Origin: a virus
Direction: 5' to 3' (one strand)
DNA length: 64,000 nt
IMG/VR virus record: IMGVR_UViG_3300046692_000072
Span: 13,722 to 77,721 of that record
The notes beneath the pieces are model-generated. The model did not search any database, was not told the origin of the DNA, and saw only the letters and a list, made by a program, of their open reading frames with translations. Shown one piece after another: positions 29,019 through 39,940 of this stretch; the first letter of the stretch is position 1; each line of letters opens with the position of its first letter. The position numbers and the translations under genes are program-made.

Positions 29019-32000
29019 ATGTGGAACATTCGTGTAAGCAAATGGACTGGCATCATCACCTTCTGGTTTGATGATGGTGAGACTGTACCTGAGGTACAGC
29101 AAATCGAAACGTTGGGTCTGTAATAGGCCCAACAACAATCATCTCATTGAACCAAGGAGATAGTACCAATGTGGTACGTGCTAATCGCAATCGTAATACT
29201 CATCATGCTGCTCTTGGCAGCTATCGCTCTCGTTGGTCATCTTTGTGTACCTGAAGAGGTAGCATCAGATGAGATCTCTCATTTCTGGAATGGAGAACTG
29301 TAAGCTATGTCTAGCAGATCATCGAGAACTCACAGTTCCTGTGTGAAAACAAATTGGAATGGGCAGTTAACTTGGTGTCTCTGCCTTATGCATCCTGATA
29401 GGCTAGGTGATAACCTGTACTATCGATACTCATCCAAGAAACATTTGAAGCGTGATCTTAAGGGTCGATTCGCTAATCGATATCGTCACGCTATCATCAT
29501 CCGTGTTCGTAGAACCAAGGAGAGTTCACTATGCCTCGCTATTACATCGTCATCCTCGCACCGCTCATGATGCTCACAACTGTGTACTTCATGATCATCA
29601 ATCCGATCATGCATGACGCTCGCTTCAAATACTACAAATTGTACAAGCGTGAATACGCAACTACTGTAATAGTTGTGGATAGACGCCTGTCACCATTCGA
29701 ATGCTTCAAGCTTCAGCTTGATAACAATGGTACCGTATGTCGGAGGGCACAATGACGCATCTCAACCCAATCATGTGGTTTATTGTTGCAAACGATGAAT
29801 CCAAAGGAGTTGGTCTTGCCATGACTCGTTGGATACGGGGCAGGCTTGAACATCGCGTATTCCATCAAGAGACCATTGGTCTCTGAACCAAGGAGCAATA
29901 ACATGATGGATATCATCTGGATATTGGTAGGCATTATTCAGGTGATATCCCTAATCTTCTTGATTGGGGTAGTAATCCTGATCCTATCAAATCCTTGAAC
30001 CAAAGGGAAAAGACATGAACTTCGTAGTACCATTCTGGCTTCATATGCCAGCAGGTGTAGTGCTTACAGCACTCACAATGACACTGCTCACCAGGATAGC
30101 ATTCGCTATCCCTGATCCAAGGATCAAATCAATCAAGATTGGATACCCATTCATGATCTGGGTACTGCTCACCATGACCTATTGGTCTTGGATAATCTGG
30201 GGTTAGTCATGAGCACCTATTCAAGAATCTTGGGAACCAAGGAAGAGAACCTTTCGATAGCTCTCAATGAGGAGCTACACTCCAAAGATCCAGCACAACC
30301 TCGGAGTCTCCGAGATTGGTGCAAATGCTGTGCAGAGTATTACTTTCTCTGCGCTTTACGTCTTGAGCTTGGTTACAATGCCATGATCAGACGTGAGGAT
30401 TTCCATAAACTGTGGTTAGAAGGAGATGATGCAATCGCTCATCTCTATCTCTAATGACACCTGAACAACTCGCAGAGATTGAGAGGGTCTGTCAGCAAGC
30501 TCTACGCTACAGTGCACGTCGCGCTGTAGATAGGAAATTCTGGGCAGATCAGTTGGAAACTATCAAGCGAATCAAGGAACTAGCAGAATGACATCGCCAT
30601 TCAAAACCATGTACACCATCGTGTTCACAACTGAACAGGATTCGTATCATATCGAACGTGATCCAAAGGATTACGATGAGACTTATCAGTGGAACTTCAT
30701 GTCATCTGAGGAAACTCCTCATGCCATGCCTTATCAGGAAATCCTGGAGATCCTGAAGAGACCCAGTAAATACGTGGGATTTCCAGAAGTTACTGGAGTA
30801 TTCCATGTCTATAAGCTGGACGCAGAAGAGATTCCTATCTCTGGTGTCACTGATGACATGCAGAAAATCAAACGTGACGTGGCATTGTCCAAGCTTACGG
30901 AGGAAGAAATCCAACTCTTAGGGATCAAAATATGAGCGATCAGATAAAAACTCTTCTGAGAACCATGGGAGTGCTTAACGATAAACTGCGTTATGCAATC
31001 GGAGAGTCTGAACGTATAGCACTCTCACATGAATTATCTGATTTAGCTACGCAGATTGAGAACCTTAAACAAGGAGGCATCCAACAAATGAGAACATTTC
31101 GAGTCACTGATACGCACCATCAAACAATTGATAGGTGCGATGAAATGACCTTCGAAGAAGCTTGTGGCACAGCTCGTGCCATGAGCAGGGGTAATGAGAA
31201 TCGTAATCCTAAGATCCTCATGATCAAAGAAATGCCTTCGGAGATTGTCACTGCCATTTATCACAATGGCGTTGAGTATGCTCCTCAGTTAAAGAAGGAT
31301 TGAGGCGATGGTTAAACCAGAGCCTCACTACGTCTCACCCATATTCGGACATAATGAACTAATTCGTAGATGCACTATCAATGTGTATCAGGATAAGGAA
31401 TTTCCGAATGTCTACATCAAATCCCGGTTCAGTTATGATGCTATGGCATTGCTGGAACCGGGGAATAGATGGGGTAACTTCATATACCGGATAAGGATTA
31501 AGCCTCATGGGAACCAAGGATGATTACACTACTCACGGGGAAGCGCAGGATGCGTTGTATGCTCTACAACGCTATGCTCGTGACCTCGGAGTATCACTCG
31601 AATCAGTGATGCATTCACTGGTAAGAGAACAACTCGTCAACACAACAATGAAGGAACATCCCAATGCTGGGTTGGTTAAAATCTTGGTGGGATCGTGAAG
31701 TCTGCACATCTGATCAAACACTGATTAGTCAGTGGGAGACTGATGTCAGTAATCTTCCCATCATTCAGCAACACTACAATGATGGAACCATCAGGGTTCT
31801 AATGCCCTCAGAGGTCAAAGACCTCTATGATATTCAGATGGGAGCATATGTGCTCCCTGATGATCACGAACTCACATTGATCCAGGACGACATGGATCAG
31901 AAACGAGTAGGTCAATGTTAGGCTTTCTACTCATGATGCTGGGAGCTACGCTCATCAGCATACTCGCATTCTCAATACACAATCCTTGGAGAGGGGTTGT

Positions 32001-32091
32001 TACAGACAATAATCAGCGCTTTGTCTGGGCGTTACAGATGATATATCTGCTAGTCCAACTATTCCTAATCGTGCTGGTCATGAAGAGTTAA
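29019..32091 (+). other. Cluster of small early ORFs, several membrane peptides (e.g. 29019-29123, 29169-29303, 29531-29755, 29752-29886, 29903-29998, 30015-30206, 30588-30935, 30932-31303, 31308-31523, 31507-31698, 31664-31921, 31915-32091)
   Basis: Back-to-back + strand ORFs with SD sequences or overlapping start/stop codons. Confidence 0.65.
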
Positions 32092-32154
32092 TAACGCGCT
32101 GCTAGGCGCGTTGTTTAGATAACTTTGCCTTGGGGTTCTCTGCCCTACTTGGGC

Positions 32155-32176
32155 AGGCCCTTACGGGCCTTATGGC
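32155..32176 (+). promoter_or_regulatory. Putative vRNAP hairpin promoter (upstream of gp2)
   Basis: AGGCCC-TTAC-GGGCCT-TATGG. Confidence 0.65.
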
Positions 32177-32220
32177 GCTAAAATGGCGTTATTCCAACCA
32201 TCAACAAATGGAGATTTACG

Positions 32221-32643
32221 ATGGCTCTCACTTTCAATGCACCTGCTACCCGCAATGCTCCTGCTGCTCGCGAAGAGCGTCCGCAGACCCAGTATTGGCT
32301 CAACATCGGCATCGTCGCTCAGGACGGCACGTTCGTCGCTCTGCCGAATGGTCTGCCGCTCGATACGATGGAACACCGTCTCATTCGTGGTTCCAACGCG
32401 GAATGGAATGCTCTTCAGTCGGCATCGAACTCGCTGCTCGACATGATCCTCGAATCTGTCAAGGTTCTGAATCCGGGTCAGGAAGAGGTCATCGAAGGAC
32501 TGTCGATCCAGGTCAAGCGCATCAAGGCTGATGCAGGCGAGGTCAAGGCTGACGACAATCCGTTCCTCGCTGGCTTTGCAGGTATCTCTGCTCGTAAGCC
32601 TGCTCAGGAACAGGAAGCACCGAAGGGTAAGCGTAGCGCTTAA
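32221..32643 (+). CDS. ssDNA-binding RNAP II cofactor (N4 gp2/Drc-like)
   Basis: YWLNIG…FVALPNGLPLDTM motif; GGAG SD. Confidence 0.8.
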   Translation: MALTFNAPATRNAPAAREERPQTQYWLNIGIVAQDGTFVALPNGLPLDTMEHRLIRGSNAEWNALQSASNSLLDMILESVKVLNPGQEEVIEGLSIQVKRIKADAGEVKADDNPFLAGFAGISARKPAQEQEAPKGKRSA

Positions 32644-32674
32644 CCTGTATCTGCCGACGATGACTACAACTATT

Positions 32675-32704
32675 GAGGGAGCCTTTGGCTCCCTCTCTTA
32701 TTTT
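32675..32704 (+). terminator. Terminator after gp2
   Basis: GAGGGAGCC-TTT-GGCTCCCTC-TCTTATTTT. Confidence 0.8.
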
Positions 32705-32959
32705 CAGGGGATAGACCTAAACCTAGTCTAAACCTAGGGATTCCAATATACTAAATACCAACTCATCATTTTTGGCAGGGGATAGCCTAAAGGGTATCAA
32801 CCATGGAAATCAGGATCAAAATCAAGGTTAAGAACGATGCTGTAACCTCATTGGCTCAAGCAGCAAAACTTGCTGATGTGCTGGAATTCTCAGTGCATGG
32901 AACCATGAAGCAAACGGTATTCGCAGACGAATACGAGATCGAGGTAGAGGAATACTACG

Positions 32960-33919
32960 GTGAAGAAACTTGTGTATGAATGCCTAGAGGCATTGAAACC
33001 CCTTGCTGATCTTGCATTAGCTCATAAGGATTACTGGGGAAATCCTGCTCTGCTTATCCTGGCTCATGACCAGGAAACAGGCTCGGCAATCACCTTGAGG
33101 GATTGTCAGATCGCTCACCATACAAGGATCGAGCTCAAGCTCAGACTGGAAAGGTATGACAGTCCATGAAAATCACAGTTGAAATCACCATTGATGATGC
33201 TGTCATTGAACATCAGTCAATTGCTGAGAAGCAAGCGAATCGTGTGATCCAGAGACTGGATCAGATGTTCGAATTCGAATTCAGAACAGAAACGAGCATC
33301 GAAGTTAACTGGGAATTCCAGAAATTCTCAGGCTCGATGACCAATGAAAGGAATCCCTCGTGACAGGGCACGACGACATCAAAGCAACTGAACGATGGTT
33401 GGATCTCCGTAAGCGTCTTGCCATTAAATATCTCGACTCATTGCAAGTTATTATAGTTGGGATGGAAGCAGGAGAACAGATGGATATCACCACTTTCAGG
33501 GTGATGAAGGACATGACTGAGTACTGTGACAAAGTATTCCTCACAACAAAGGAACCAAACTGATGGGTGGTAAGAAACTCCCTATCCCTCGTTATCGTAT
33601 CGGGGGACCAATTGAGATTGCACTTACCCTCAGCGGCGGAACATCTTGGATCCAAGGAACTCTGGTTCAGATGTCTCCTCAGTTGAAGGTAGATGTGTTG
33701 GGTGTCATCCATACTATTGGTGACAGCTTCACATTCCATCGTCCTGCTCCTAATGCAAAGTCCAGTGTTCCTCAGGATCTGGATCCAGAGATAGCAGCAC
33801 CACTATATAAAGCTGCTCTGGTGAACATCCTCAAGGAAACAAACACGAAGCAACCCAATGCCACTGTGCAACGTGTTATTCACATTGTGAAAGAAGCACT
33901 GGGAGAGCTGGACTCATGA
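32960..33919 (+). other. Four small hypothetical ORFs (32960-33169, 33166-33363, 33360-33563, 33563-33919)
   Basis: Translationally coupled ORFs. Confidence 0.6.
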
Positions 33920-34055
33920 CCATCACCAAAGATGATGTAATGAACCACCTGAGGAATACCCTCAGGGATGCCCGTGCACTCAGAGATCATATCGATGAGA
34001 ACATTCGATACCTCTCTGATGAGATCGCATCAGTCAAACGCAAGGAATATGACGA

Positions 34056-34586
34056 GTGGAAGAAGGCAAATTCTACGCAGGAGTAGGCTCTCAGCTTACT
34101 CCTTTAGACGTATGCATAACGATGACATCTATCGCAAGCGTATTGCGGTCGATAGGCTGGCACCTCCGATCAGGGGGAGCCAAGAGGGCAGACCAAGCAT
34201 TCGCAGATGGTGCCGGTGTCGAGAAGACAGAATTCCTGCCTTGGCATCGCTTCGAAGGAAGGGATGGTATCGTCCCTCACCATACCAGGGAGCTCTATGA
34301 TCTCGCTGGTACCTATTGGGATATGCGTCCTGACATGCATCCTTGGTACATGCTCAAGGATACCACCAAGTTATTCATGATGCGTAACGTCTGTCAGATG
34401 CTCGGAGAGGATCTCAAGACACCAAGCAAAGCTGTCGTATGCTGGACCCAAGGAGGTGCAGTAGTAGGCGGTACAGGTATGGCTCTAACCATCGCTCTGC
34501 ATCATGAGATACCAATCTTCAATCTGGCTCTGCCAAATACAATGGAAAGAATGGAGGAATTCTTTAATGGGGACAGTCAGAATTAA
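34056..34586 (+). CDS. SLOG/DprA-like Rossmann-fold protein
   Basis: YAGVGS..TP, LRSGGAKRADQAF, RNVCQMLG, GGTGMA..IA….IPIFNL. Confidence 0.75.
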   Translation: MEEGKFYAGVGSQLTPLDVCITMTSIASVLRSIGWHLRSGGAKRADQAFADGAGVEKTEFLPWHRFEGRDGIVPHHTRELYDLAGTYWDMRPDMHPWYMLKDTTKLFMMRNVCQMLGEDLKTPSKAVVCWTQGGAVVGGTGMALTIALHHEIPIFNLALPNTMERMEEFFNGDSQN

Positions 34587-35061
34587 GTTCAGCAATCGAA
34601 GCGCTACACCCAAGGAAATCGAGTTCGATATCTCCAAAGAAGCTGTTGAACCAATGATGTCTTGGTATGGGGCTTACCATGCTGGAGATAGATACAGTGT
34701 CTCTATCGACGGTAAGAAAGTCAAAAAGGATATCAACGGTGAGTTAATACCATGATCATCTTTGAATATGACAAAACAGAACTTCCTAACGGATTCTATG
34801 TAGTTGAGTTCTCAGGCAATAGATCTATTGCTGAATACACACAAAACTACTGGAACCAACCAGGAGCTGACTATGATCGTTGGCAATTTGAATATCAAAC
34901 TCCTATGCCTAGGATAGTTGTTATTGCCAGAATCGATCCCGATACTCTAACCATCACAGAGGTAAACGAGTGATTACAAAATACAGTAAATACTGGACTT
35001 GTCCTTACTGTAAACACCTCAATTACAATTGTAACAAATGTGAAAATTGTGGGAAAACCTA

Positions 35062-35439
35062 ATGATCTTCGTCTTTGGATCTAATGAAGCAGGCTACCAC
35101 GGAGCTGGTGCTGCTAAGTATGCATTCTGGCATCATGGTGCCAAGATGCATCAAGGAACAGGACTGGCAGGCAATAGCTATGCCATTCCTACGAAAGACA
35201 AAATGATCAAGACTCTCCCTCTCAAGGAGATCAAGCAGTACGTCGATAGCTTTATCGACTACGCTACGGTCTACAATGAGGAGAGCTTCCAGGTCACCAG
35301 AATAGGCTGCGGACTAGCAGGATACAAGGATGAGGACATAGCTCCTCTCTTCCTTGGTTCCCCTAGTAACTGCCAATTCGACAATGCTTGGAAAGCATTC
35401 CTCGGAGAGGAATACAAGTACTGGGGAACAATTAAATGA
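35062..35439 (+). CDS. Macro-like phage protein (A1S_2505 family)
   Basis: IFVFGSNEAGYHGAGAA…SYAIPTK…FQVTRIGCGLAG…IAPLF. Confidence 0.75.
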   Translation: MIFVFGSNEAGYHGAGAAKYAFWHHGAKMHQGTGLAGNSYAIPTKDKMIKTLPLKEIKQYVDSFIDYATVYNEESFQVTRIGCGLAGYKDEDIAPLFLGSPSNCQFDNAWKAFLGEEYKYWGTIK

Positions 35440-35707
35440 TCAGTGAACAAGAGCAACCCAATATCGTAATTGGTATTGGCATCACCATTGGTGAAGGCAT
35501 GGAACTGTTTATTGATAACAAGGACGAAAGTCTTTGGCTTCACAAGATCAATACAGATCCCAACACAGCAACACGTATCTGCTCAAACTTCTTGAGCAGG
35601 TATAAGGATATAGTTGAAAGTCTACGACGATTATCGAACCACGCTAAAGATTGAACCAGGACCAGGAGGAAACTCTTGGTTCTTTCACATTAATGGGGAG
35701 ACTACAA

Positions 35708-36250
35708 ATGGCATCTTATGGATGGGTTAAAGTTGTAATCACAACTGAGAACCGTGACCGTGCAGGGGGTCATCACACATCGGATGGTTACATCGGTGCT
35801 TGTAATTCCAACAACATGAAGGCTTGCAGGAAGAAAGCTAACCGTAAGAAGCAGCGTCGTCAGCTCAAGCAGCTAGAGCGTGAAGCTGAGAGCTTTCATT
35901 ACTGGGATATGCACGAAACTCACCTTGAACTGCGTAAGCGTGAAGAGGAAGAGTGGGCAGAAGAACTGGATCAGTTCTACCAAGAAGACGACTACGATGA
36001 TTCTGACCTACGGAATCATTGTGACGACTGGGCGTCTGATTACTTGGATGACTGGTCATCGGACTATGATTCTCGTGACTTCGAAGACGACTACAATTCG
36101 GACTTCGATAATGAGGAGATATATTCAGTAGGTTACTTATCTCGTCAAGGGATAACCCGACTCGACATGAATGCACGCATCATCAGTGAAGACGATGCAG
36201 GTAAATCCCTTGGAGACCTGCTCCAGGAAGCACTACAAAGAAGGGCATAA
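35708..36250 (+). CDS. Hypothetical protein with a basic helix followed by a highly acidic tract
   Basis: GGGGAG SD, ATG at 35708; RKKANRKKQRR then D/E-rich region. Confidence 0.65.
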   Translation: MASYGWVKVVITTENRDRAGGHHTSDGYIGACNSNNMKACRKKANRKKQRRQLKQLEREAESFHYWDMHETHLELRKREEEEWAEELDQFYQEDDYDDSDLRNHCDDWASDYLDDWSSDYDSRDFEDDYNSDFDNEEIYSVGYLSRQGITRLDMNARIISEDDAGKSLGDLLQEALQRRA

Positions 36251-36254
36251 GGCA

Positions 36255-37061
36255 ATGGATTACATCGGATATCAAATCGACCTGGAGAAGTTGTTCAGTA
36301 AGAATCAACTTATACCGCGTATCAAGAAGGAGTTCGAAGCAGAGCCAGCACTGATGGCTCACATGCTTGAAAACAACATCCTTCCAGGATTTGGTTTCGA
36401 TCTCCTTACCCAACTGGTTCTACATAAACGTATGAATGTACGAACAGCAGTTGGTATTCTACGTCGTCATTTTGAGAATTCTCAGATGACAATGGAAGAA
36501 TTGAAGAAGTGTGCTGAACACGACCTCTGTGATTGGTCACCTGTCACAGAGGAATTCATCATTAAGATAGATGTCACTCAAGATGTGAAAGACGATCTTG
36601 AGAGATACCAGTATCCATTACCAATGGTAGTGGAACCAAAGGTGGTAAGGAACAATGCTCAGTCAGGGTATCTTACCATTCAGTCATCAGTGATCTTGAA
36701 GAACAATCATCACGACGACGATGTATGTCTGGATCACATCAACAGAGTGAATAAGATCAAGTTCAGGATCAACCACGATGTCGCTACGCAGATACATAAC
36801 ACTTGGTCATCCCTTGATAAGCCAAAGGATGGTGAAACCATTCAATCCTTCAAGATGCGTCAAGCTCAGTTCAAGAAATATGATGAGAGCTGCAAAGATA
36901 TCTTTGTTCATGCGGAGATCGCTGGAGGCGTATTTCACCTCACACATAAGTACGACAAGCGAGGACGTGTCTACTCCCAGGGGTACCACGTTAATTACCA
37001 AGGAAACACTTGGAATAAAGCGACTATCGAATTTGCTGAAGGAGAGATGATCGATGGATGA
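36255..37061 (+). CDS. RNA polymerase II subunit 1 (N4 gp15-like)
   Basis: YQYPLPMVVEP, HKYDKRGRVYSQGYHVNYQG motifs. Confidence 0.92.
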   Translation: MDYIGYQIDLEKLFSKNQLIPRIKKEFEAEPALMAHMLENNILPGFGFDLLTQLVLHKRMNVRTAVGILRRHFENSQMTMEELKKCAEHDLCDWSPVTEEFIIKIDVTQDVKDDLERYQYPLPMVVEPKVVRNNAQSGYLTIQSSVILKNNHHDDDVCLDHINRVNKIKFRINHDVATQIHNTWSSLDKPKDGETIQSFKMRQAQFKKYDESCKDIFVHAEIAGGVFHLTHKYDKRGRVYSQGYHVNYQGNTWNKATIEFAEGEMIDG

Positions 37062-37192
37062 GGATGATATGGCTCATGCACTATGCTTTGAACTTAACAA
37101 GGAACCTTGGAAAGCTGAAATGTACATTGGTAATCAGTTCTACCTCACTAATGAAGATGGTGAAAAGTTCCTGGTTACCGTGGAAAAAGAAG

Positions 37193-39463
37193 ATGATGAC
37201 TCATCGATATAAAGTCGGTGATAAGGTCATTTTTACCAATGACTTTGGTGTCTGCTGGGGTGTGAAGACAATCACAGCTCTAGCTCTTAGACCCACCACA
37301 CGAGACGATGCAGGACCACAGAGGCCCTGCTACCATTACGAAGGTAGTGACACCCCTTGGTTCCCTACCTATGAAAGAAACCTGTCTCTTGCTACTGAGG
37401 AGGATCTTAAAGCTTCTGCTGAAGATCTTCAAAAGAAGTATGGATTCATCCCAACCATCGAACAGCTAGGGGGCTGTTACTGAAAGGACTAAATTATGAG
37501 AGCCCGTAAGGGGGACTATGTTGAGTGCTTGGTTAATGACTACTCTTACTACAGCAAGGGTAGCAAAGCCTTAGTACAAGATGTTGGAAAGCAGGATTCC
37601 ACAGGTAATCCTCTTATCAAGCTGTATAACCCAATGAGTCCATTGGGTTATTCGTGGTATCTAGCCAAGGGATTTAAACACCTTGCTCACTATGGAAACA
37701 ACGAGGAGCCTACGAAAATGGCATACGAAAAGACGAAGTACTTCGCAGCAGTAATTAATGAGGAAGCTTCTACACCCACCTTCCTGGTAACAGATGGTGA
37801 GAGCGTAGGTCCCATGCGGGATACCAAGTCAGAAGCATTGAAAGATGCTGAGATTCGTATCCGTGGTGAAGATGCTGGTAAGAAGCTTATCATCCTTCAG
37901 ATCATTGCATTGGTTCAGGAGGAAGATCCTCGTCCGCCCATCAAGATCACAGAGTATCGGTGATGGAACCAAAGGAGATCGATGTTGAGGGCTTCATCAG
38001 GGAGTGTCAGAATGATCTCCCTACTCCTATTATCAATCATGATAAGGAGCAGATGTTCGTAGCTATAGACTACGGTACGTTAGAGTACACAGTAATGGTT
38101 CATTACCTTCAGACACCTGAGGGTCTGACCATACTGAAGAGTCTCAAAATAGGGGAACAAGATATTACTATTGACACCCTGTACCCTTCTGATGTCAGAT
38201 CATCTGGAATTGATATGTATATCGATACCAAATGCTTTGAAAAGAGTGTCAAAACAGGGTCTGAAAATCACGATCAATTCGGCAACTATCGTTACGACTT
38301 CGGACGTAACGAGCATTCTCGCTCTCCTCGGAAGAGAAAATGATATGTCTGACATACCTGAGTTTGAGACCGATCACTCCCTTGAGGATGATAGGGACGA
38401 ATACACCTGCATTAAACTAAGCCCACTATGGTCCCTCATGGTTCATCCAGAAGGGGACCTGGGACTCAGGTATCAACCGGATCCAAACGATCCAGATGCA
38501 AAAGAATACACAGTAGATATAGGTTTTACAGAATTGTCTGCACAGGGCATTAACCAGATCCTCTCAGTCATGAAGACTGGAGGTGAATCGAGCGTAATCC
38601 ACTAATAAGGAGAACCAAGTGGAAACGAAGAAGGTCACTAAAGAAGGTACAGATCTTGTGGACTTTATCCTTGGACTGGTAGTCGATATCGATGATATTC
38701 GACTTGCCAAGGCTTACGAAGCCCTTACAGGACATACCTGTAGGCGCATAGGCAATGACATATTCGAGATTACCTCCAATGTCGAAGAGAAGCCAGTTTG
38801 ACAAGAAGCTTGAAGAATACGAGCAGAAGCTAACCCAAAAGGATAGTAATCCAGATGAGCTAGTCAAAGCTCGTAACAAGCTAATCGCCTACCACTACCA
38901 TAACGTGGAACGATCCAGAGGAACCAAAGTGAAGAGAGCCTAGTGGCTCTCTTTTTTCATATGGAGATATGACATGCCAAAAGGAACACTTAAAGGCTTC
39001 AAATCAGATGTTCTGATGAGGAAGATTGATAAGGTCATCAAAGCTGCTGAAGCACATGCCTTCAAAGGAACTCATTCTGAGTACCCTGGTGAAGTTGCGA
39101 AAATAGAATACAATCTTCGTAAAGCTCGTTTGGACCTCGTTACTTATGTAATCGAACATGTCTGTTGAAGAAGCAATACTAAAACTCTTCAAGAAAGCAA
39201 GAACCAAGAGGCTTAGGCATCTTAAGAGAGAGCTTTATAAAGCTGAACACGTCCGTTACTACATCCAATTTCAATGGAGAAATCCAAATGGATGTCAAGG
39301 AGACCCTCGTGATTTTAGATCTTGGAGGGTCTTTGCAGCTATGCCTATCCTCTTCCATACAAGAGAGGAGGCATGGGAATTCATACGTGAAGTTCCAGAC
39401 ATATTCGCTGACTATAGAGGGTGCCGTAAAGTATCCTGTAGTGTGGAACATACAAGAATCTAG
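37193..39463 (+). other. Small hypothetical ORFs inserted between the two RNAP II subunit genes
   Basis: e.g. 37496-37963, 37960-38343, 38345-38605, 38619-38801, 38974-39168, 39158-39463. Confidence 0.6.
38932..38957 (+). terminator. Intrinsic terminator
   Basis: AAGAGAGC-CTAGTG-GCTCTCTT-TTTT. Confidence 0.75.
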
Positions 39464-39497
39464 GAGAAATGCTTTGGAATCTAAGAACTATAATACC

Positions 39498-39752
39498 ATG
39501 ACTTCCGAGATGAGACGACTCATCAGGAAAGCATACGAAGAAGATCAAGGTGGTATCTGCTACCACTGCAAAGAAGTCCTTACTGGTCCACCCAGTAAAG
39601 AGATCCAGAACAAGGTAATCAATAAGAATCTATTCCCGAATGGATTCTTCAATAACCCTGTTCATCTTCACCACAACCACAATACAGGCATGACCATCGG
39701 AGCAGTACATTGCAAATGTAATGCTGTCCTATGGCAATATCACGGAGAGTGA
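39498..39752 (+). CDS. Endonuclease VII/HNH-like Zn protein (N4 gp22-like)
   Basis: Q.G.CYHC…VHLHHNHNTG…GAVHCKCNAVLW. Confidence 0.75.
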   Translation: MTSEMRRLIRKAYEEDQGGICYHCKEVLTGPPSKEIQNKVINKNLFPNGFFNNPVHLHHNHNTGMTIGAVHCKCNAVLWQYHGE

Positions 39753-39940
39753 AATGACTGTAGCTGAACTCATTGAGGAGCTTAAGAAGCTCCCTCAGGA
39801 TGCAATAGTCCTCCAGTACGGTGGTGACGAGTTCTATCACATAGCTGAAGGTGTAGAGCTTCAGAAAACAAATAGAGATATCGACTGGGATGGGAAAGTA
39901 ACAGGCCCATTTGTCACCCTATTCTAACAGGAGAAATACC

